A stretch of DNA of 64,000 bases from Camelus ferus (taxonomy: Eukaryota), in contig NC_045696.1 in NCBI RefSeq assembly GCF_009834535.1, positions 30,010,001 through 30,074,000 of the forward strand, written 5' to 3'. The translations under genes and the position numbers were made by a program. The notes under the pieces were generated by a model. The model did not search any database and was not told where the DNA came from. It was given only the letters and a program-made list of their open reading frames with translations. Below are positions 40,590 through 51,800 of the stretch, in pieces; the first letter of the stretch is position 1, and each line of letters opens with the position of its first letter.

Positions 40590-41330
40590 TACAGCTCGAC
40601 AGCTCTCACAGCCCTGTCATGGTATCTTCGTGGATAAGGTGTAGAAACACACTGAATGCTAGTAAAGGACTGTGGATTGAAAGACAGGTGATTGCTGATT
40701 AATGGATCATTGTCTACTGTGATAAGGTCTTGAACAATGTGTTTTGGAATTCGGTTCCTTTAAAAACGGCCCATTCAACAGTTTATCAGCAGCTTTTCTG
40801 AACACACAGACATTGTCTTATTTGTGGGTGGCACAAATCTAGATTGGTAATCTAGTTAATGCATTGCATACAAGATTTGGAATCTAAAGATCTGGCCAAG
40901 TTTGAAGAATGGCCTAAATCGAACAAGAAGAAATTGAATGGATAATGCAAAACTCCACACTTAGTCTAAAAAATTCACAAGAAAAAAAAAAAAACCAACA
41001 AAACAAACCTCAGAATGAAATTAAAATCAATTAATTAATGCTATTTTATGTAAAATTTATTTTGAGGACTTGGCTAACTCTCAGAGTGACACAAATTAAT
41101 ATGACCTGAGACTACCACAAATAAATTTAGGATGCATTGATGGAGACATTGTGTAGAACAAGACTAGACCATACTGTGATCACCAGTAATGAATTTAGGA
41201 TGCACTCCTGGAAATATAGTGTATAGCATATGAAATCAACTCCCTTCTACTTTGTGTCTACTTTGAATCACATTTTAAGGGAATGGCAGACGTAATAAAG
41301 ATTACTTAGGAAGATGAAAGAAAGATACTA
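40590..41330 (+). mobile_element. L3/CR1 LINE reverse-transcriptase fragment
   Basis: Colinear peptides HGIFVDK, LLINGSLST, FVGGTNL (FADDTKL-like), KDLAKFEEWPKSNKKKLN, CKTPHL match the CR1 RT order. Confidence 0.8.
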
Positions 41331-41643
41331 TGTGAAACACTCCAATGGAATAGGTATTGAAGTGCATGTTAATTGTTATGTATGGGAGAAGTGGCAAGCA
41401 TCCAGACTTGAGGGATGGGTGAGAAGGACACACTGAATGACTCACTGGGGCCCAGGTATAAGATGATGCCAGAAGGAAACACTGCCTATTTGAAATCCAT
41501 GCCCATCAAATGACAACTTTGCTCAAGAAATGTCTTTTACTCACAGATGTTATCAGTTGAGACTAGGCTGCCCAGAGGGAACAACATAATTAAAGCAACG
41601 ATAGGTGAGTTGCTGCAGGGAAGCCAGGAATTATCAATAACAG

Positions 41644-41741
41644 ACCTTAAATGTCAGAAATGATTTTTCTGACAATTTCTAACTGTGGTAGATTACATAT
41701 TGTTCCCAATTATCAGGAAAATCATCTCTGACATTTAAGGT
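41644..41741. repeat. Inverted repeat: 34-bp arms, 30-bp spacer
   Basis: 41644-41677 vs reverse complement of 41708-41741: 31/34 identical. Confidence 0.95.
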
Positions 41742-42170
41742 ACATCTCTCACAGGTAGGCACGGCAGTCACACAGCAACCAGAAAGGAGATGTAGTTCTC
41801 GCTCAGGGAGAGCCGTGTGATTTGCAAGGCTCCCCCATGAGAACTGTTCTTTTCTTCAGAAATGGCCATGGGACTTGCTTTATCCAATAGAATGCAAAGG
41901 AAGTGGCATAGGAGACGCTGGAAAGAAGTTTTAAAGGCTATTAGGAGGTCCAGCCACTTCATTTTTTTCCTTCTGCCGCAAGAACAAGATAGGATGTGCA
42001 CATCAGCCTGGTTCCGGGAGGCAGACCGAATGGAACATGGCCACAGATGTGGGCCACAGGTGCCCAGCCAAAGTGTTGCATGAGGAATAAATAAGCCTTG
42101 GTTGTGTGAGGCCACTGAAATTTGGAGAGTGTTACTGAAAACTTCCCTAGCAAAATCTAACTGATTAAAA
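41684..42170 (+). mobile_element. MaLR LTR (MLT1H/I/J-like)
   Basis: 'tgtggtagattac', 'tggccatgggacttgctttatccaatagaatg', 'aataaataagccttggttgtgtgaggccactgaaatttgg...ctaactgat'. Confidence 0.78.
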
Positions 42171-42799
42171 CACAGAACCGAGGGAAAGGACCTGTGATGG
42201 GCACTGAAGTAAGGCTTTTGGGCTACTTGGAGAGTCTATGGTGCCGTTTGGCTGGTTAATGTCAAATAAGCAGTTTGCAACTTCTGTCAAGTGAAGCTTG
42301 CCAAGAGAAGGCCTGGAGATGGATAACTGCCTATACTGGTCAGTGAGGGTTTAAAGGTGTTTAATTGTCTCCAGAAAGTAGAGTTAGAACAAAGACAGCA
42401 CATTTGCTCTGATTTTAATTTAAAAAACTATCTAATAAAGAAAAATGTTTCAAAGTAGCATGGATTTCTTCTCAGGTGGGATGCTTCCTATTATTATGCC
42501 ATGTAGTGATGGAGTAATCATGTTTTATGGGATTTTTGGGGAGAAGAATCAGGAAAGCATCAGGTTGAATGCTTCAGTAAAACTCTGCACTATAATACAA
42601 TAGCTAACATTTCCTCTTAGTCATCTGTAACAGCCCAGATGACTTGTCTAAGTAGATTGAAAAGAGAGTGAAATTCATCCTCGATATAGCTCCCCTCTCA
42701 GCATCCTTTTCCTGTTTTTAGTTACTAGCAAAACTGAGCACCAGGGCTTTTTCACTGCTTCTTTCTCAACCTTAAGTAAAATATTAGGACACACCATCA

Positions 42800-42870
42800 A
42801 GGTAATGAGGATCTTAGGGTAGAATATCAAATAATTGGTCTCAGCTTGGATCTGATCGATCGATCGATCG

Positions 42871-42916
<46 letters not shown>

Positions 42917-43075
42917 AATCATTTTAATCCCTCTGAGCACTGCTTGTTCATTAACTAAGTATAATACTATTTCTCCTACCTTCTTCATAGTGTGTTGTAA
43001 TGATGAAACAAAATAAGGTAGGTAAAAGTAATTGTAAATAATTTAGGGATACACAAATTTAGACCATTATTACTA
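42800..43075 (+). mobile_element. Degenerate MIR containing a microsatellite
   Basis: 'tcattttaatccctctgagc...ctaccttcttcatagtgtgttgtaatgatgaaa...gtaaaagtaattgtaaa'. Confidence 0.6.
42854..42913. repeat. Compound microsatellite (GATC)5(TATC)10
   Basis: Counted directly from the sequence. Confidence 0.97.
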
Positions 43076-43088
43076 TCATCATTTCTTT

Positions 43089-43242
43089 TTTAATTGAAGT
43101 AGAGTTGATTTACAATATTGTGTTATTTTCTTGTTTACAGCATAGTGATTCAGTCATATGTGTATATTCTTTTTCATTATAGGTTATTACAAGATATTAA
43201 ATATAGTTCCTTGGGCTATACTATAGGAACTTGTTTATTGAC
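43089..43242 (-). mobile_element. Short 5'-truncated L1 3' end (artiodactyl-type)
   Basis: 'ttaattgaagtagagttgatttacaatattgtg...cagcatagtgattcag...ataggttattacaagatatt'; TSD catttcttt (43080-43088 and 43243-43251). Confidence 0.85.
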
Positions 43243-46200
43243 CATTTCTTTATCACTGTCATCATCATCCCTCTACATATAATTATACTTTAAAAGAGAC
43301 TGCACTCTGATAATGATGTTAAGTAGGATGAAATGATTACTTAATGTGGAAATAAAAGTAGAGGTTTTTGTTTTTGTTTTTGTTTTTTTCCCAGCAGAGA
43401 GGAGATTCTTTTCAGGATCTATCAAACTATGATACTAAGGTAGCAGCACTTTCTTCTCATCCGCAAGATTTTCTTGAGAGAAAAGACAATTATTTAGTCA
43501 TTAAAACTAGACAATGAGGACCTGTTTAAAATATCGTCTCATAATTCACTGTAAAGTGTATTGATGACGTAAAAGACAATGCACGTTTGCTACTCGTTCA
43601 CATGTACTCAGGTCGTCATTCTCATTAATAATATGTGAATAAAAATTGAACAACCACAGTGAATTGACCAACAATATAAAATTTGATCACAATGTAGAAG
43701 GGGAAAAATGAAATTGCAAAAAAATTTGGGAAAATTGGAAGGAGGCTTTGTACAAATGCAATTGGTATTAATCAATAGATACTGAAAGTAATTCAAAGAC
43801 ATGCCTGTGGAAAGTTGAGGCTAGATGCAATGTCATCTTTCTCTGTTCACTCTATTTTGTGCTACTATCCAACTTTCCAGAATTGTCGTGTCACAATCTT
43901 CAGGTGTCATGCTCCTAATTCTTCTATCCCAGTACATGTTTACGTGCCACATTCAGCTTTTTCTCAGCTTTCATTCTTATTCCCATCCCATACATTCCCA
44001 AGCTGTTCAGTTGCCTTGTCCTCCCTCATCAAATGCCTCACTCCCTCAATATTATTTATTTCAGGGGGATGTTCAAGTGACTTGTTAATATGTAACTGAT
44101 AAGTAGGGGTTATGGCATTGTGAAATAGGCCATTCATAAATGAGTTTACTGTAAAATTTCAGACAGCATGATTAAGTGAAATGAATTACTAAGAATAGTG
44201 GGTGTATGGTGTCTGAGACCAAATTAGTCTTTCAAAGATCATTGCAGTCATATTATAAAATTAGCCTAATTTAGAAAATTATCTGGATATTTGACTATAG
44301 TAAAGCTAGAAAAAAGTATGAACAATCAGATCAACCCTTAAAAAGAAATAGAATAAGGATTAAGCACTGTAATTAGAAAAGGCCCTGTCAGTTGGTTTCT
44401 TCTTTTTCTTTTCAACATTCACTACATGGGAGATAAATTTTGGCTGCTGTTGCTCTGTAATTTATGTAATTCTTTCTGACAGTTTCTAAGTGCCATCTAT
44501 TTTCACGTGCAAAGTTAGCAGCAGTTGATGCATTTTTTATTTGGAATGGACTATACACTTTTCACGGGCAATATACCCTTTGAAGACAAGAGAGTTTGAT
44601 ATGCATGCTTCAAGAAAGCTTTTTTTTTTTTTTTTAAACACACGCTGTATTCTCTTTATAATGTGTTGGAAATCTTGAAGATTTACTCATGTTGTGATAG
44701 GAAATATACATTTAAAAATAGTTAATGGTTTTATTTCTGTTCTCTCTATTTACTTGATATTATCAAAATGGATGCATGGTCGTGTAATAAGTGTAACCAG
44801 TTTCTTGAAGCTAATAAGTAATCCTGAGTGACTCTGAACCATGTATAATCCATTAAGTTTTGAACTATGGTTATAATTTTCTTTAACAGATCCAGATACA
44901 GTCTATACTTTTTCATTATCATGAACCTGACGAGGAGACTGAAAGTAGAAAGATAGAGGTTTACATAGTTCTCACAAAGGCTCTTGTTAAACGGCCAGAA
45001 GTAGTGGGTTAGAAAATCTAAACCTGCTTTATGTTTCTGACATCCTCCTTGACTATTAAACATGTGGGACTTTCAAGCACAAGACACTTGTAGAAATAAG
45101 TCAGGAAGGAACCAGGACCCAATAATGGCACAAACAACAGAAAATAAATGGTCTTTAAAGACTTAATAAATACACATGTCACTGCACTAACTAGACTATG
45201 TGAAACAGAACGGAAGTTACCCCTACTCAAGCAAAATATTTTGATTCAATACCAAAGCACAAAAAAGTACATCCTTGGTGTTAGCAATACCTTAAGCTTT
45301 ACTATTTAAAAAAAATATTTGGATTGTAGCCACATTTGAAAGAGAAAACCAATATAAGTCAAGTCTCCTTTCTTTCCTGGTGCACAGCTTACAGAAATAT
45401 GTTTACTTTGCATCCCTGTGTTTGCATACATACCACTCTCCTTGTTTCTTTGATAAAAGTTTTATGGGCAATAAATTATAAATCATGCTTATGTATAATT
45501 TATGCCTTTAAATACATATTTTATTTTTTGGCTTTTTAAATGAAAACCATCTTTAGCTTTGTATTTTTAAGAGATTCAAATTCAATACTTTAAGAAATTC
45601 ATGAATAAGGCATGTTTCAACCTTAATTTGCATTTTTATAGTGTCTGCGGTAGAACAGTATAGATTTTGCTTTGAGTGTACTCTTTCAAGCAGACACGAT
45701 TCGATTCCCTTAAGAATAAGCCTTGAGAAAATTCACTTGCCCTTCATAAAACATACATTTCATTATCTCCCTATAAATTGGACACTTCCCTAACATGGTT
45801 GTGCATTTGTGTCTGCTTCTCAAATATTGTAATATCCTCCCTATCCTCGTATACACACTAATACAAACAGAAAATGACCATTTTATTGTGTTGAATTCAA
45901 TGACAAGTGACCTGACATGAATCCAAAATGCATTCCACCTTCAAGAAGAGAATCTTGAAATTATACAATCCTTTAAGTAAGAAAATCATAGGGGAGAAAT
46001 TAGTTTTCCTGAGCTATAATCATATTTTAGACTTGGTTTAATATGTTAATATTGGTTAAAATAGCTGTGAGTTTGGAATATTTTTAGAATACTGAACCAA
46101 AGAACTTTTGTTGATAAACTGCAAGGGAACAGACGTATGATACTGTTTGAAAATGAATCTAAGGACTCTGATGATCCTAGTAGCATGGATAACACTCTAT

Positions 46201-46419
46201 TTTCTCTCCCTCCCCTCAACACAGGCTGGTACCTTAGCAATCCCTGGTATTTGTGAAGCTTTTGCTTTGTGATGCGGAGAGGAGTTGCATTTTCTTTGCG
46301 GCTAGGGCCTTGAGTAAGAAGAAAAATTTAGGTGTTACTGGGGAGCTCCATGCTATTGTATAGGAACTAAGGGACCTCCACTGATCCCTTTTCATTCACT
46401 TGTGCTCTTGTAATAACAA

Positions 46420-47500
46420 CACCCCAGAGTCACAGTCATCCTTTGATAATCTGATCACTTCTTTCTTTCTTACTTAAAGATCTCTGATTGTTTGTTATTC
46501 TTTATCAAATTGTGTATTCCTTCATCCACCCAAAAGAAGATATATTGAACTGCTAAACCCGAGTACCACAGAATATGTCTTTATTTGCAAAGAGAGTCTT
46601 TACAGAGGTAATCAAGTGAAAACGAGGTCTTTAGGGCAGACCCAAATCCAATATGACTGATATTCTGACAAAAAGGGAGAAATTTGGACCCAGAGACAGA
46701 CACACACAGAAGGAAGACTGAGGACACAGGGAGAATGCCATGTGAAGGCGGAGATTTGGGGTAGTGCATCTGCAAACCAAGGAACACCTGTGGCTCCCGG
46801 AAGCTAGGATGGAGGCATGGAAAACAGCGCCTTCTCAGGCACCTTCAGAGAGAGCATGGCCCTGCTGATGTCTCCGTCTCAATCTCAGACTGTCAGAACA
46901 GACGGACAATTACATTCATGTGTTTTAAGCCAGTTGGTCTGTGGTCCTTTGTCACAGCAGCCCTAGGAAACTGGAAATCTAATCCAGATTCTCATTGTGC
47001 TAAAACCAGTCTTGTAAATTTCAAGTGGATGACAAGGCCTTCTGTGGGCCCTGTGTACCTTTCCAGCTTCGAGATCACTGATGCTTCCCATTCAGCTCTG
47101 TTATGAAGCAACAGTGGGTGCCTCCAGTTCCTCACGATGTCACAATTTCTCATGTTCCTTCACCTCGAGCCTCCTCTATTCTCCTCGCTGCAATGTTAGC
47201 ACCACCCTCTCCCCGACACATCTCCACCCCAAATACTTCATTTAATGATTTCTAATCATCATTTAGGTATGAATGTCAACAGTATTTCTTTTTTCAGAAG
47301 TCTTTCTTGCTCTTCTAATCCCCCATAATACTCTGCTCTTCTATCCTAAAAGTCATCTCACTTAACTAATAGAAGTGTTTCCCTCCCTGGCAAGATTGAA
47401 TGTTTCTTGAAGGAAAGAACTATGTTTATTTTATTGATGCTTTAGCTTTAGTGCTGATTTAGTGGCTGCCCAATAAAAAAATTATTTAACAAATAAACAG
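46420..47500 (+). mobile_element. L2 3' region split by an MLT1C LTR
   Basis: 'ctgatcacttct...cttaaagatctctg', 'acaaggccttctgtg', 'tttcttgaaggaaagaactatg...cccaataaa'. Confidence 0.6.
46493..46977 (+). mobile_element. MaLR solo LTR (MLT1B/C-like)
   Basis: 'aatccaatatgactg', 'gccatgtgaaggcggag', 'ccaaggaacac', 'ttttaagcca...cagcagccctaggaaact'. Confidence 0.9.
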
Positions 47501-47571
47501 CAGAGTGGAAGCATGTCGTCCTCTCCCTGCCCTGTTGCTTTGTCTAGGTTTGTGCTCTGTCAGGAGAGGTG

Positions 47572-48039
47572 AGTATTAGTTTTCTAGGGATGCCACAGAA
47601 AATGATCACAAACTTGGTGGCTTCACACTACGAATTGATTCTATCATAGTTTTGGAGGCTGCAAGTCTAAAGTCTAGTCTTGGTAGGGCAACCCTCCCTC
47701 TGAGGCCTCTAGGGGAAGATCTCTTCCTGCCTCTTCTGGCTTCTGGTGGCTCCTGGCATTCCTTGGTTTGTGCCACAAAAGTCTTATCTCTGCTTCTGTC
47801 TCCACATGGCTTTTTTTTCATGTATCTTTGTATCTCAAATCGCCCTCTTGTTTCCTCCTCTTATAAAAACATCTGTGATTGGATTTCAGGTTCATCCTAA
47901 ATCTAGGATAATTTTATCTCGGGATCTTTAAGCTAATCACATCTGCAAAAATCACTTTTCCAAGTAAGATCACCTTCATGGGATCCAGGGGTGAGGATTT
48001 GAACATTTCTTTTTGTTGTCTACTATTCAACCCACTACA
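47572..48039 (-). mobile_element. MaLR solo LTR (MLT1C-like)
   Basis: 'gtattagttttctagggatgcc...ggcttctggtggctcctggcattccttgg...attcaacccactaca'. Confidence 0.9.
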
Positions 48040-48879
48040 GAGTGAGGCTGATTACAGTAATTTTATGAGATCTGTGGTAATGTGGGCATAAACTCAGCTG
48101 CTTTGGGGTCTCGATGAAAAAGTGTTGCATGGAGTGAAGAGAGAGTTATTTTCTCCATTGTTGCATGGAATCCAGTCATGTCCTGGCACCCAGGGGACTG
48201 GTGGCTTTGCTGACATGAAATGCCAGCTTTAGTATGGACACTGGAATCTGTTCAGTGGCAGAAGCTGCTTCACAGGCAGACGACATGGCAAAGTTTAAGT
48301 AGGAAAAGGAGTTGGATGGTGGACACCTAAGGGGACTGCCACTGAGAGGGGTTCCTTGAGATTCCCTGAAATAACAGAGGGACAGCTTCAGGGAGAATAA
48401 TGGTGAGCTAAGATCCACTGGAATGGGAAATAAATAAATGTCAAGGTGAATCTATTTTTTGTCATAGCTCAGTAAGGCCAGGTGACATTTAGTTTCTAGC
48501 TATAATTCAAATAAAAAATGAGATGTTTTATGATTATATGAAATAAACTACAAGGACTTTCCAATTAATCACATTAATGTGAGGATTAGATAAACAGCTT
48601 AAGTTCACAGAATCATCCACTTCATTTTAGCTTTAAATTCACCATTTTTTCCTCATTTGACGTTACTATAAAATGGAATTAATGAGTGATTTGAGTCTCT
48701 CTTTGATTGAAATATCCTCTTAGTGAGCCAAATTAGAAATAACAATATTAAAAAAGCATGATCAGTCTTATATTTAGGTAGAATGACTTCTTTGCCTTGA
48801 CTAACTGTCCACTCTGGTGTGATCAGTTACACTGAGTTAAAATAGAAAATATCAGTGGAAAGTATCACATTTTGCCATG

Positions 48880-51800
48880 AAAAAATGTTTATTTAGATCA
48901 TCTTCCCATTTTTAAAGTGGGTGATTTTTTTCGATGTTGAGTTATATGAGTTCTTTGTATATTTTGAGTCTTAATCCCTTATCAGAAGTATCATTTGCAA
49001 ATACTTTCTTCCATTCAATACATGGTCTTTTCGTTTTGTTGATGGTTTCCTTTGCTGTGCAAAAGCTTTTTAGTTTGATGTAGTCCCATTTGTTTATTTC
49101 TGCTTTTGTTTCTTTTGCCTGAAAAGACATATCCAAAAAATACTATAAAAGACCATGATGTCAAAAAAAGTTACTATATGTGTTTTCTTTTAAAAATGTT
49201 ATGGTTTCAGGTCTTACATGTAAGTCTTTAATCCATTTTAAATTTATTTTTGTTCATGGAGTGGGAGAGTAGTCCAGTTTGATTTTTTTGAATATAGCTG
49301 TCTAGTTTTGCCAATACCATTTATTGAAGAGGTTACCTTTTCCCCATTGAATACTCTTGCCCCTGCTGTGGTAGATTATTTGCCCATATAACTATGGGCA
49401 TTCATTTCTATGGGTTCATTTCTGTGCTCTCTATCCTGTTCTGTTGATCTATGTATCTGTTTTTCTGCCAGTACTATACTGTTTTAATTACTGTAGCTTT
49501 GTAGTATAGTTTGAAATCAGAGCATATGATACCTCCAGCTTTGTTCTTTCTCAAGATAGTTGGGACTATTCAGGATCTTTTGGATTTCCATGCAAATTTT
49601 AGAATATTTGTTCTAGTTCTGTGAAAAACGTCATTGATATTTTGATAGGGATTACATTGAATCTGAAGATTGCCTTGAGTAGTATGATCATTTTAACAAT
49701 ATTAATTCTTCTAGTCCATGAACATGGTATATCATTCTATCTTTTTGTGTTGTCTTCAGTTTCTTTCAGAGTGTCTTAAAGTTTTTCAGTTGCAGGTCTT
49801 TTACCTCCTGAGATTTATTTCTAGGTGTCTTATGTTTTTTGATGCAATTGTAAATGAGATTGTTTTCTTAATTTCTCTTTCTGAAGTTAGTTGTTAGTGT
49901 ATAGAAATGAAATAGATTTCTGTGTGTTAAGTTTGTATCCTGCAACTTTACCAAATTTGTTGATGAGCTCTAGTAGTTTTTTGGTGGAGTCTTTAGAATT
50001 TTCTATGTATAGTATCATGTTATCTCCAAACAGTGACAATTTTGTTTTTTTTTTCTTTCCAATTTGGATTCCTTTTATTTCATCTTCTTGATTTTTTGAT
50101 TTATGCAGCTTGGACTTTGAAGATTATGTTGAATAAAAGTTACTTGAGTGGGTATTTTGTCTTGTTCTGGATTTCAGAGGAAATGCTTTCACTTTTAATC
50201 ATCGAATGTGATATTAGCGGTGCGTTTTGTCATGTGTCAGTTTTAATATGTTGAGATATATTCCCTTTATACCTACTTTTTTGAGAGTTTTTACAATAAA
50301 TGGATTTTGTCAAAAGCCTTTTCTGTATCTATGAAGATAATCATATAATTTTTATTCTTCAGTTTGTTAATGTGATGCATTATGTTGATTGATTAGTGGC
50401 TATTGAACAATCCCTGCATCTCTACAGTCAATCTCACTTGATCATGGTGTGTGATATTTTTAATGAATCATTTAATTCTGTTTGCTAATATTTTGTGGAG
50501 GATTTTTGCATCCATGTTCATCAGTGATCTTGGTCTGTAAATTTCTTTTTTTGTGAAATCTTTGTGTGGTTTTGGTATCAGGTAATTCTGGCATTGAAGA
50601 ATGAGTTCAGAAGCATTCTTTCCTCTGTGATTTTTTTTTGAAATAGTTTGAGAAAGATAGATGTTAACTATTTTCTAAATATTTGGTAGAATTAACTTGT
50701 GAAGCCTTCTGGTCTGGACTTTCGTTTGTTGGGAGTTTTTTTTGTTTTTAATCACTGGTTCAATTTCAGTACTGGAACTTGGTTCGTTTATACTCTCTAC
50801 TTCTTCCTGGTTCAGTCTTAGAAGATTATACCTTTCTAAATAAGAATTTGTCCATTTATTCTAGGCTGTCCATTTTGTTGGTATATAATTGCTCATTAGT
50901 AATCTCTTCTGGTTATTTGTATTTTTGGATGTCCATTGCAACCTCTCCATTTTCATTTCTGATTTCATTATTTGAGCCCTCTTTTTTTCTTGATGAATCT
51001 GGCCAAAGGTTTATCAATTTTATCCATTCAAAGAACCAGCTATTATTGTCATTGATCTTTTCTATTTTCTTTAATCTCTTTCATTTATTTCTGCTCTGAG
51101 CTTTATGATTTCTTCTGTTAACTTTGGGTTGTATTTGTCCTTTTTCCATTCCCTTTAAGCACAAGATTAGTTTGTTTTGTTTTGTTTTATTTTAGATTCT
51201 TCTTGTTTCCTAGGGTAGGTTTGTATCTTGTATCACAGTAAACTTCCCTCTTAGAAATGCATTTTTTTGCATTTCATAGATTTTGGGTTGTTGTGTTTTC
51301 CTTTTTACTTGTCTCCAGGTAGTCTTAAAAATTTCTTCTTTAATTTCTTCAGCAATCCGTTGGTTGCTTAGTAGCGTATTGTTCAGCATCCGTATGTTTG
51401 TATATTTTCAGTTTTCTTCTTGTAGTTGATTTCTAGCCTCATAGCATTGTGCTTGAAAAAGATCTTTATGATTTCAGTTTTCTTAAACTTACTAAGACTT
51501 GTTTTGTGGCTAGCATATGATTTATCCTGGAGAATGTTACATATGTTCTTAAAAACTATATTTATTCCTCTGCTTTTGGATAGAATGGTCTATATGTATC
51601 TGTTAAGTCCACTTTTTCTAATGTGTCATTTAAGGCCAGTGTTTCCTTAATGATTTTTTGTCTCATTGATCTGTCCATTGATGTAAGTGGGATATTAATA
51701 TCCTCTACTATTACTGTGTTGCTGTCAATTTCTTTCTTTATGTCTGTTAGTATTTGCTTTACTTATTTAGGTACTCCTATATTGAGTCTATATACATTTA

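Noticed and set aside
46493..48039. Inverted MLT1 pair forming dsRNA, or a provirus
   Set aside because: Opposite orientation rules out a provirus, and the copies look too diverged for stable pairing.
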